64,000 nt of DNA from an uncultured virus (IMG/VR IMGVR_UViG_3300028048_001604). Its lineage: Duplodnaviria; Heunggongvirae; Uroviricota; Caudoviricetes. The notes beneath the pieces are model-generated. The model had not been told where the DNA came from, made no database searches, and saw only the letters and a program-made list of their open reading frames with translations. Within the stretch, counting starts at the first letter, position 1, and each line of letters opens with the position of its first letter. The DNA lies in the IMG/VR virus record IMGVR_UViG_3300028048_001604; one strand, 5' to 3'. This document shows, in pieces, positions 10,768 through 19,609 of the stretch. The translations under genes were made by a program, and so were the position numbers.

Positions 10768-10879
10768 GCACGTCTACGAATAATTAAAGAAAATACTAAA
10801 GATAATTTTATATACATATACCGCCTTCTTCTACAAGAAATATATAAAACAAGGCAGGCTAGTATTAAACATACAGTAA

Positions 10880-11908
10880 TTATTCATTACGTTTAGCAGA
10901 TTCAATCGTTTTACGCATAATATCAATACCCTTACGAATTACGTCGGGGTGTGTTCGATTAAGTACAGACACAATACCCTGTGGGGATAAAATCAAACCC
11001 AACGTATTGACGAACTTATTTACCGCCTCATCATTGTTAGGTTGATTCATACGTTCTTGACTACCAAAATCATACCCCATTGATGCCTTCAACAAATCGA
11101 TAATATCGGATTCAGATAACGGCTCGATACCCAAATAATCTTTTAAAGTAATATCTTCAGAAATCGTTGCCTTATCTTTTATAACAGTATTGTTACTTAA
11201 AACCAAAGGCGTCTCCATCAAGCGTTTGCGTAATTCAATCATAGGAGCCATATTATCATCGTGTATTTTTTCTTGAGTGGCACTAAAAATTCTATGTTTG
11301 AGCATAAAATTGATATACCTTAACTTATCTATATCTACCTTACCTTCAGATAACATCGCCTCGGTGTTAATTGAAAGTAGTAACTTTACATAAGCCAACT
11401 CATTACCTAATTCTTCAACAGAATACATACGGTCGGGTGTTCTACTAATTTGACCTTGCAACTTCATTGGCAAGTACGAACTAAAGCTATTCGGCATAGA
11501 TATAGACAGTGCAACAATAGTATCCTTTACCCTTGTAATGCCCCTTTTATTCATTTTGTATAAATCAAAATATCTAAATATATCAGCACCAAAAATAGAA
11601 AAAAATTGACTACTAATACGAGAACGTAAAACACGAATAGTTTTTTCAGACCTACACTTACCCGTTATACCTCGTAAACTATTACATAAATCTTCAAAAC
11701 TAGCGTTCCAATTAACACAAATAGCTTTAGCAAGTTTTGAACTGTTTGCACCAGACTCGATAACAAAAGTTATAAGCATATTTGCTACACGTTTTGCATA
11801 CATATAATCATCCAAAGAAACCAAATCAGTATCAATATCATCAAGACGTGTCTCGTTATACACGCGATTTAACTTACGCATATGGTCGAAAAATGATAAC
11901 CTAGCCAT
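10880..11908 (-). CDS. hypothetical protein next to the repeat block; candidate initiator or DNA-binding protein
   Basis: True start probably ATG at 11908 (MARLSFF), with AGGAG RBS at 11916-11920. Basic helix CRSEKTIRVLRSRIS. Function inferred from position only. Confidence 0.65.
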   Translation of the reverse strand: MARLSFFDHMRKLNRVYNETRLDDIDTDLVSLDDYMYAKRVANMLITFVIESGANSSKLAKAICVNWNASFEDLCNSLRGITGKCRSEKTIRVLRSRISSQFFSIFGADIFRYFDLYKMNKRGITRVKDTIVALSISMPNSFSSYLPMKLQGQISRTPDRMYSVEELGNELAYVKLLLSINTEAMLSEGKVDIDKLRYINFMLKHRIFSATQEKIHDDNMAPMIELRKRLMETPLVLSNNTVIKDKATISEDITLKDYLGIEPLSESDIIDLLKASMGYDFGSQERMNQPNNDEAVNKFVNTLGLILSPQGIVSVLNRTHPDVIRKGIDIMRKTIESAKRNE

Positions 11909-12297
11909 AACAATTCTCCTTATACAATACAAATAATACAACAAAATACAACAGTAGACGTATAAAAAATAAATACAACTCAACAAACAAGATACATAAG
12001 ACACCATGTTTAGAAAAGTAGATTATATATTTATTCTTTATTTTCTACAAAGCCTATTTTAACATACTTTCAGAGAAAAAACAAGGTATAGCTCAAAAAT
12101 AATTAACCTTTCAAAATTTGTAAAATTTCTAAAAATGGGATAAATTTTTTTAATGATACATAAAAGTAGATTAAATATTCAACTTGAAAACACAAATTTG
12201 CCTTGAAAATTAAAAATTTATCTACAATAAAATATATAGAATATTAAATATAAATTCATAAGTACAAAATATACAAAATTTAACATAAAAATAAATT

Positions 12298-12960
12298 TTC
12301 AGCCTTGACAATAACTTTTACAACTCACATAATAACAAGACAAATCAAGAACTACCAAAAGACATTACAGAAAATTCAATAATTCACAAAGACATTTCAA
12401 AAGCAATCTTACCCAAATTATTCGAAATATCATTGTCAGAAAAGATACAACTTATAATCTTGACAAGTATTATGGTTGAGCCTATTCAACCTTGACAAAC
12501 ACGCAACCTGTTACACCAACAAGCATTATAATTAAGATTATTCAGCCTTGACAAACAAAATACAACTTACAATTCAAACAAACCTAGACAATCATTCAAT
12601 CTATCAACATAACAAGCCTATATGCTTATAAATAAACACTACCCAAAGACACAAACTAACTTTCAGCGTTGGTACAATCTACTATCATAACAAGCATATA
12701 CGATTATGTTATTTCAGCCTTATACAATAATATAATATATTATTATAATAAGCATATACTACTAGGTTATTTCAGCCTTCTATGAAAATATAATGTATTG
12801 CCATAACAAGCATATATGCAAGTTATTTTACACTACCCAAACATAATATCGCATTTAATATATTACGATAACAAGCATATACAATTAGACTTATTTATTT
12901 TTACATTTTACCACACATAATACATATAGTCAGGTTTGTCTTAACAAGCATACTACAACC
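12298..12960. repeat. Degenerate ~56-60 bp repeat family with alternating motifs TTCAGCCTT(GACA) and ATAACAAGCATATA
   Basis: TTCAGCCTT-like at about 12298, 12485, 12541, 12662, 12713, 12771; ATAACAAGCATATA-like at about 12609, 12687, 12745, 12803, 12868, 12941. Confidence 0.75.
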
Positions 12961-12990
12961 TATTACTTTAACAAGTACATATACTTAGGT

Positions 12991-13157
12991 TTTATTGCTA
13001 CCCGTTGGACTACTTGCCTTTGATACTACTTTATAGCCTGCTATCATAACAACAGTATATTGATAGGCTTTATTACTACCCGTTGGCTTACTTGTTTGAT
13101 ACTACTTTATAGCCTGCTATCATAACAACAGTATATTGATAGGCTTTATTACTACCC
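12991..13157. repeat. 76-bp-period direct duplication (63 bp identical) with internal inverted repeat
   Basis: 13019-13081 is identical to 13095-13157; each copy contains AGCC(TGC)TATCA...TGATAGGCT. Confidence 0.95.
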
Positions 13158-13467
13158 AATTCTTATTCACCTATAACATTTACTTTGCAATCTACTAGTA
13201 TAACAAGTATATATATGGCTAGGCTTACTTAATCTCTACAACAAACTAAACTTAAAATATTTACATTTATTGTGACTATAATTATTTAGCACATACAAAA
13301 ATTATTAATATTTGTATAGAAAATAATTACAATATGTTTATCACAAAATCTAAACTTAAAAGGCATTAGTACTACAAAAATACAAAACAAAGCCTTGACA
13401 TTTTATATAGCAATATACAAGGCATATAATACAAAACAAAACCATAGTTGCCGATTACAAAGCAAGT

Positions 13468-13634
13468 TTTACAGACTACATTTTCAGATTTACATATTGC
13501 AACGTCAGATTTATAAACTACGGTTTAGAATTATAGATTACATTCATAGATTTACAGACTACGTTTATAGATTTATAGCCTACATTCATAGATTTACATA
13601 ATACATTTATAGAGTTGTATATTACATTTATAGA
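13468..13634. repeat. Eight tandem ~21-bp iteron-like repeats, consensus TTTAYAGAYTACATTTATAGA
   Basis: units start at 13468, 13489, 13510, 13530, 13551, 13572, 13593, 13614. Confidence 0.9.
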
Positions 13635-13690
13635 TTTAATATACACATAAACAGAATAACAAAAAACAAATTGAAATTAAGAATAAACAA

Positions 13691-13925
13691 AAATCATACC
13701 TGACACATATAATTATAACCTAATATTAGATTTACATAAAACAGTACAGATTATTGACAAACAAAACAAGACTTACAACAAACAAAAATAAGGTAAATAC
13801 AGAATATCATAAATGTACCTGACATATACAACAACAATCTAATAACAGATTTATATAAAACAATACAGATTGTTAACAAACAAAATAAGAACTACAACAA
13901 ACAAAAATGAAGTAAATACAAAATA
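13691..13925. repeat. Two diverged A-rich 119-bp tandem units
   Basis: TACCTGACA at 13697 and 13816; both continue with TACAGATT...ACAACAAACAAAAAT...GTAAATACA. Confidence 0.85.
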
Positions 13926-14690
13926 CCCTGTTTGTACCTTGAATACCCAATACAAATTGGATATACATTTGTACCTTGAATACCCTATACAAATCTTTCA
14001 TATATCATTCGTATCTTGAATAACATATATACAAATCTTGAATAGATTATACGCGTCTTGAATACAAAATGTAAATCTACAATACCCTGTTTACATATTA
14101 AATACCAATATTCATACCTTGAATAACATATATACAAATATAGAATAGATTACGCGAGTCCCGAATACCATACTTGCATTGAGTACATCATACAAACAGA
14201 AGTATCTAAAACAAAACTAACAACTTGATAAAAATACACATAAAAATAGAGTATTCATAAAACCTAACGAATACCCTAATAAAACTAATGAGCCACACTT
14301 GTAACTACGATATAAAGTATAAATCTACAATACCTTATATGTGTCTTAAACACCATATTATAACTTGACTATCGAGTACAAACCTACAATACCTTACACG
14401 TATCTTGAATACCCTATTCAAAATCAGAGAACCTTATTTATAACTATAATAACAAATACAAGCCTACAATACCTTATACGTATCTTGAATACCCTTATGC
14501 AAATGGGTACAATACCATAACTTAAGTACCAAATACAAATCTAGAATACCTTATACGTATCTTAAACACCATACTTGTAACTAGAATACACTATTCACGT
14601 CTTGAGTATCATATTTGTAACTAGAACGCATTATTCGTGTCTTGAATACCCTATTTGTACCTAGAATACATTATTCGTGTCCCGAATACA
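13921..14690. repeat. ~20/40-bp repeat family with core CT(T/A)GAATACC(C)
   Basis: many CTTGAATAC copies; four clean 40-bp units at 14541, 14581, 14621, 14661, each with two 20-bp subunits. Confidence 0.85.
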
Positions 14691-14730
14691 AAAAAATAGG
14701 ATATCCGTTAAATATAACGAATACCCTATT
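14689..14730 (-). terminator. probable intrinsic terminator shielding the repeat block
   Basis: imperfect hairpin AATAGGATATCCGTTA / TAACGAATACCCTATT followed by a T-run on the minus strand. Confidence 0.55.
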
Positions 14731-14830
14731 ACAAATTGAAGTTCCTTGAAAATTAAAAAACTTTACAGTAACTTTAGCCTATATATGCTATACCCTAAAG
14801 TTAAATTCTACCTTAGATTTTACAAACTAC

Positions 14831-15100
14831 TTACCGTAAAATAGATTCTCCAAGATAAGCAAAAGTAGGTCTCTTACCACTAGCCAAAGCCATAGCCAAT
14901 TCTTGACGAATTAGCCACATATTACAATCAATACGAAATTCATTACGGTCTCTATCGGAAACAATATCATTTCCAAGGCTTTTTACAAAAGCCTGCCTAC
15001 GATATTCTTTCTTAATCAGAGAACGCAAGTGTGCGAAATCATTTACCATAGATTCGTTTTCGTTTTTAGTATTCAAAACTTCAATCATAGTATGCTCCAA
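14831..15100 (-). CDS. hypothetical protein
   Basis: 89-aa ORF directly downstream of 15116..15502; start uncertain. Confidence 0.55.
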   Translation of the reverse strand: MEHTMIEVLNTKNENESMVNDFAHLRSLIKKEYRRQAFVKSLGNDIVSDRDRNEFRIDCNMWLIRQELAMALASGKRPTFAYLGESILR

Positions 15101-15115
15101 ACTAAAACAAAATAC

Positions 15116-15502
15116 TTAACCAAGATTCTTAAATGTTTCCACCGTGTATCCACTTAAATCATTTACACGCTGAAGAATATCAGCCTGGTAATCATCAAGA
15201 CCAAACTGCTTTACAACGTCAGAATAGCAAGACGTTCCGCCAATCTCAGCAACGATATAGGTTTCTTCATATTCTTCGGGAAATTCTTCCATAGACGGAC
15301 GAGATTCCTTAATGAAACCTTTCATATCATCCATAGTATAGCAGCCTTCATCATCTTTGAATACAAAGGCAACAGTACCATCAAAGAATACGGTTACACC
15401 GTTATACGTCTGGCTTGCAAGAATGAACTTACCCTTTGCGTTCTGATACCAATCTTTTGTGTCCCAATCCATTTTTACTACATCATTTGTGACCTTTGCC
15501 AT
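15116..15502 (-). CDS. hypothetical protein
   Basis: 128-aa ORF, GGAGGT RBS, strong promoter upstream. Confidence 0.75.
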   Translation of the reverse strand: MAKVTNDVVKMDWDTKDWYQNAKGKFILASQTYNGVTVFFDGTVAFVFKDDEGCYTMDDMKGFIKESRPSMEEFPEEYEETYIVAEIGGTSCYSDVVKQFGLDDYQADILQRVNDLSGYTVETFKNLG

Positions 15503-15656
15503 TTATTTTACCTCCGTAAATATGTTGATAAAATGTACATTATATCAAATACCTTTACAGTTTTACCCACTATGCAAGCATAAAGAACAAAACCGCAACT
15601 CGGTATGAGATAACAGTATATAAATACCCTTGCAGTAATTTCTTACTATATTATGT

Positions 15657-15685
15657 ATTATACACCATGTCTTGAAATTTGTCAA
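15657..15685 (-). promoter_or_regulatory. sigmaA promoter
   Basis: TTGACA-17 nt-TATAAT, perfect consensus. Confidence 0.85.
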
Positions 15686-15740
15686 TACTATATTATAAAA
15701 ATTTTTATTCATATCCTAAAGTTTTTATAATACTTGATAC

Positions 15741-15971
15741 TTATGCTAGACTATACTTAAACAAACTTTCAAAAACAAGATGTTTTTGTTTCGGTCTTGG
15801 TTTTGTTGCTTTACCCGATTGGATTAAAGACCAAGCCTTGTTTACTTTAGCAAACATATCGGGGTCACCACCATTGTCTGGATGATAAGTTACACACAAC
15901 TTTCTATAAGCCTTTTTACATTCATCTAATGTAGCCTCATAAGATACCCCTAACACCTTATACGCATCCAT
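15741..15971 (-). CDS. J-domain-only protein (DnaJ N-terminal domain)
   Basis: DAYKVLGV...KKAYRKL...YHPDNGG...FAKVNKAW. Confidence 0.9.
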   Translation of the reverse strand: MDAYKVLGVSYEATLDECKKAYRKLCVTYHPDNGGDPDMFAKVNKAWSLIQSGKATKPRPKQKHLVFESLFKYSLA

Positions 15972-16632
15972 ATAGCCTCCTTAAAATACCATTAAAATCT
16001 TTCGTTTCAGCAGATTCAAGTAAAGATACACCGTCTGCAAAACTAGGAACACGCAAGATACCCAAATCGTTTAGTATGTCGCGATTACCTACCCAATTCC
16101 AATCAATGTAATATTTATATTGATTATAATATTGGTCTACAAGTAGGAAAAGCACGTCTTTATCTTTAGCATAACTTCTTCCCCATTTATTTTCAGCCTC
16201 ACGTACCCATTTCAAAATATGAGAAAGATTATCTTCAACTAAAATAACATCATCTTCGAGTAAAATTGGCTTGCCTTCGGAGCAGGACATATAAGCCTCA
16301 CCATTAAGACCGAAATCTACAATTTGTTTGTCTCTAATTGACTTTGTTTCTTTACAGTCTACTTGCGTATAAGGAACTACTTCAAAAAAATCTTTTAATC
16401 GTTTAATACCCAATTTTGCACCTTTATACGGCTTAAGAGCAGACATATACTTTGGGTCTGAAAAAGCAGAGTACAAATCTTTTTTGCTAATACCCTTTAT
16501 GCCCGTATAATCATACTTATATGCGTCAGAAATATGAATCTTCTTACCGTACTTTTCGAGGATATAGTTTTCCATACCGCTACAAGAATCTAGTAGTACA
16601 CCATCAAAATCAACATAAATCTTCTTAAACAT
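15958..16632 (-). CDS. HAD-superfamily 5'(3')-deoxyribonucleotidase (NT5C-like)
   Basis: IYVDFDGVL, LKPYKGA, ILVEDN, QYYNQ. Confidence 0.8.
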   Translation of the reverse strand: MFKKIYVDFDGVLLDSCSGMENYILEKYGKKIHISDAYKYDYTGIKGISKKDLYSAFSDPKYMSALKPYKGAKLGIKRLKDFFEVVPYTQVDCKETKSIRDKQIVDFGLNGEAYMSCSEGKPILLEDDVILVEDNLSHILKWVREAENKWGRSYAKDKDVLFLLVDQYYNQYKYYIDWNWVGNRDILNDLGILRVPSFADGVSLLESAETKDFNGILRRLYGCV

Positions 16633-16676
16633 TTTGCACCTCGATAATAATTAGAAATACAGAAAGCATTAAAAAG

Positions 16677-17417
16677 CTAATTAAAAACGCAATCAAATCT
16701 ACTTTTAACAAAATTAAGTATGTCTGTTGAAATATCTATACCCAACTTGGTTTCCAAACCAGCAAACTCTGGGTGTGGAGATACACCTGTAAATATAAGG
16801 TTTCCACCTTTAGAAATCAAATAATTTGCAGTAAAGTACCACAAACCTGTACGCTCATAAAAATACCATGAATCATCACGCAAAACAGAGTTTAGACCAC
16901 GCGAGGCAACCTTACCCTTTGTTGAGTCGAAATCATAGTTATTTGTATATTCATACGAAAACTTTGCCTCTCCGCCTACACAAAATACCTTGAACGACTT
17001 ACCAAAAGAACTGCGTATGTATTTTTCAACTATGTAACTTGTTTCACTTCTAGTTAAGTTTGCAAATTGCAACTGCGTAGTTACTAATTCCACCTTACCA
17101 CACATATCTTTATATACAAAAGGTAAACCGAACCTTGATACAATATAATCAAAATCATCAACGTGAATCAAAAAATCGACATTATCATATCTACTATTTA
17201 AAAGATGCAACTGGTCTACATTATCTACCAAACTATATACGTTAGCGATATATGCGTCTTTACCCGTAAACTTTAAGAAGTCGGTATTTGTATTTGTCAA
17301 AAAATACAAATCATCAGAACTTGGCGTCTGAACTAAATTCATACCCATTTGATTAGCTTTTTGCATAAGACTAAGTCTTGTCTTATCATTCTTATACCCT
17401 ATGAAATAAATACCCAA
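16677..17417 (-). CDS. RimK-like ATP-grasp protein (divergent)
   Basis: FGLPFVYK, GKVELV, YIVEKYIRSSFGKSFKVFCVGGE, PEFAGLETKLGIDI. Confidence 0.65.
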   Translation of the reverse strand: MGIYFIGYKNDKTRLSLMQKANQMGMNLVQTPSSDDLYFLTNTNTDFLKFTGKDAYIANVYSLVDNVDQLHLLNSRYDNVDFLIHVDDFDYIVSRFGLPFVYKDMCGKVELVTTQLQFANLTRSETSYIVEKYIRSSFGKSFKVFCVGGEAKFSYEYTNNYDFDSTKGKVASRGLNSVLRDDSWYFYERTGLWYFTANYLISKGGNLIFTGVSPHPEFAGLETKLGIDISTDILNFVKSRFDCVFN

Positions 17418-17453
17418 AACTAGCTGTCCCTTCTTACTAAACTTCTACATATA

Positions 17454-17482
17454 ATTATAGCACAAACTCAAAAATTTGTCAA
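17454..17482 (-). promoter_or_regulatory. sigmaA promoter with extended -10
   Basis: TTGACA-17 nt-TATAAT with TG extension. Confidence 0.85.
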
Positions 17483-17495
17483 GTTATACCCAACA

Positions 17496-18029
17496 TTATT
17501 TCCACAAATAATTTGTAGTTGATATCCAGTCTACCCATAAATCTTGAGCCTCTGTTGACGCATTTGTAGAAGAAGTAAAGTGAGTATTGAAATACTTTTC
17601 CCAAGACTTGAACGTTAAACTAGCCTTCTCACAATGATTAATATAATCTAATTGTTTCTTTGTAAACTTCGCCTTATCTAACTTTTTACTTACAGATTTT
17701 AGACTGCTTACATAATCCGCCTTGGTTTTGTTGTTTGCTATCATAGATTCAGTGTTTGCTAAATATGTTACCCGACACAAATCGTACTTGAATTGTTTTA
17801 CAGTGGATGCGTGGTAAATACATATGACAATACACATAATTGATACAAGCAAGAAAAATATGCCTGTGTAGACCAAATGTACCGTCTTACGCTTACCTGC
17901 ATCCAATTTTGTACCCGTATAAAGCACATACTGAGTGAGGTAAAATATTAATACCGAAACAAAACACAAAGTACAAGTTAAGAGAATACCACCGAAAGTT
18001 GAATGTATAGACATAGCAAAACCTCCCAT
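17496..18029 (-). CDS. membrane protein (2 TM); start probably 18014
   Basis: two hydrophobic helices; GGAGG RBS precedes the second Met. Confidence 0.65.
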   Translation of the reverse strand: MGGFAMSIHSTFGGILLTCTLCFVSVLIFYLTQYVLYTGTKLDAGKRKTVHLVYTGIFFLLVSIMCIVICIYHASTVKQFKYDLCRVTYLANTESMIANNKTKADYVSSLKSVSKKLDKAKFTKKQLDYINHCEKASLTFKSWEKYFNTHFTSSTNASTEAQDLWVDWISTTNYLWK

Positions 18030-18135
18030 ATATCAAATAGTTATACACGTCTTTAATACTATAAAATACAAAACCTTGAACTAGATGCTTTATACCATCA
18101 AACTTTCTATAAGCCTAGTTAACTACAAAAATAAA

Positions 18136-18190
18136 TTTTGGGAGTACATTTTTCTATACTATATGTATATAGAAAAACTACCCCCAAAAC
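18136..18190. promoter_or_regulatory. long imperfect inverted repeat (terminator or operator)
   Basis: TTTTGGGAGTA..TTTTTCTATA / TATAGAAAAA.TACCCCCAAAA. Confidence 0.5.
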
Positions 18191-18226
18191 CTTAAAAATC
18201 ATTGTCTTGTAAATTCACGAAAAGTC

Positions 18227-19609
18227 TTATTCTGCGGGAGATTCAGCCTCCTTTGATTGAGATACACCTAAATCTTCATCAGTTATGTTTGAATCACCCG
18301 AAAACAATTCTTTGCAAGAACGCATAAAGTGTGTAGCAAAATTTGTTGCACTGAGTATAGTACCCATTGTAAATCGAGATGTAACTCCGAGTGTGTAACG
18401 AATAAGACCTTTGTTCTTACGGTTTACTGCATAGTCTCGTAAGTTACCCCAAGCCCACTCTTGAGCCTTTTGCGTACTATCACATACGTGAGTACTATAT
18501 CCACGCATAAAACCGTTAAATCTTTGACCACGAGCAACACCGTCTTCAAAACTTTTTTGTACCCTTGATACATTAGGTGCACCTTTAGACACACCGTCTT
18601 GCTTATTTACCAAATCTTTCCTAGTTACAGTATCGTCTCCAATAGTAACTTTTTGCAACCTAGTAAAAATAGCAAACATACCCTCTAGGGTTGACTGATA
18701 CTTTCTAGTTATGTAAATCAACTCTTCACCTAAATTTGAACTTGATAGACAGTTGCTAGGTATTGACATACTTACAAGGCTTGCGAATTTAGAAATTACA
18801 GACCAATCAAACAAATCATAATATCTGCACTGTTTTATACTATTAACTGCACAAGGTGGAATATTATTGAAACTATAATTCTTCGGAAAGCGTACCTTAT
18901 AATAAACACCATTAAGAATAATAATTTCATCTTCAATAACTATACTATGGATACGCTTAAAACCGCCTGCTTGACGTAAAAGTTCTTTAGTAATATACTT
19001 ACTAAGTCTGTCTAGATTTGTCCACATATCGCTTGTACAGTTACTTTCATAATCAGACAACCATGTAGGCTGAACGTCTACCATACCAACCTTCTTACCA
19101 TCAACTTCAACTTCTTTGTATAGAGGTACGTCTGGTTTAGATAGGTTTTCACGAATTCTATCGGCTTTAGTATTTTTCGATAATTCTCTAAAGGCTTTTA
19201 TAGTCTCTTGTTCAGTTATATTACCAACAATTTTATCATAATCTGTAGGTTCATCTAGCTTGTCTGGAAATACCCCACGAATTATCTTGCTTGATACAGG
19301 GCGAGCATCCTCTTCTTCTTCTATATATCGAGTAGGTAAAACATAAGCCTCTTTGTTAGCATCAGCCTCAATGACTTCAAAGGCTTTTTTAGACGGTATA
19401 TTAACTACCTTACCTTCTTTGCTTGTAAATACAATATTTTTTCCAAACAAGTCGGTATCTAATACCCCATCTTGACTTTGCACTTTAACAGATTCGTTAT
19501 TACTAGTAACAACTGCGGGGTTTTCAAGCATTTCTTTGTCAGCCTGAATCTGTTGTAGACCCATATCAATCTTTTTGTTTAAGTGGGCTTTTAATTCATC
19601 TTTTGTCAT
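18227..19609 (-). CDS. hypothetical protein coupled to the upstream ATPase
   Basis: 460-aa ORF, start overlaps the upstream stop. Confidence 0.75.
   Translation of the reverse strand: MTKDELKAHLNKKIDMGLQQIQADKEMLENPAVVTSNNESVKVQSQDGVLDTDLFGKNIVFTSKEGKVVNIPSKKAFEVIEADANKEAYVLPTRYIEEEEDARPVSSKIIRGVFPDKLDEPTDYDKIVGNITEQETIKAFRELSKNTKADRIRENLSKPDVPLYKEVEVDGKKVGMVDVQPTWLSDYESNCTSDMWTNLDRLSKYITKELLRQAGGFKRIHSIVIEDEIIILNGVYYKVRFPKNYSFNNIPPCAVNSIKQCRYYDLFDWSVISKFASLVSMSIPSNCLSSSNLGEELIYITRKYQSTLEGMFAIFTRLQKVTIGDDTVTRKDLVNKQDGVSKGAPNVSRVQKSFEDGVARGQRFNGFMRGYSTHVCDSTQKAQEWAWGNLRDYAVNRKNKGLIRYTLGVTSRFTMGTILSATNFATHFMRSCKELFSGDSNITDEDLGVSQSKEAESPAE

Noticed and set aside
11909..12007. N-terminal hydrophobic extension of ORF 10880..12007
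   Set aside because: A clear AGGAG RBS precedes ATG 11908; the extension is low-complexity non-coding sequence.
13395..13601. 68-aa plus-strand ORF with 7-aa repeats
   Set aside because: Translation of the 21-bp DNA repeat; TTG start inside a TTGACA motif, no RBS, opposite to all other genes.
12298..14690. CRISPR array
   Set aside because: Repeats are degenerate and tandem, without constant repeats separated by unique spacers; no cas genes in the window.
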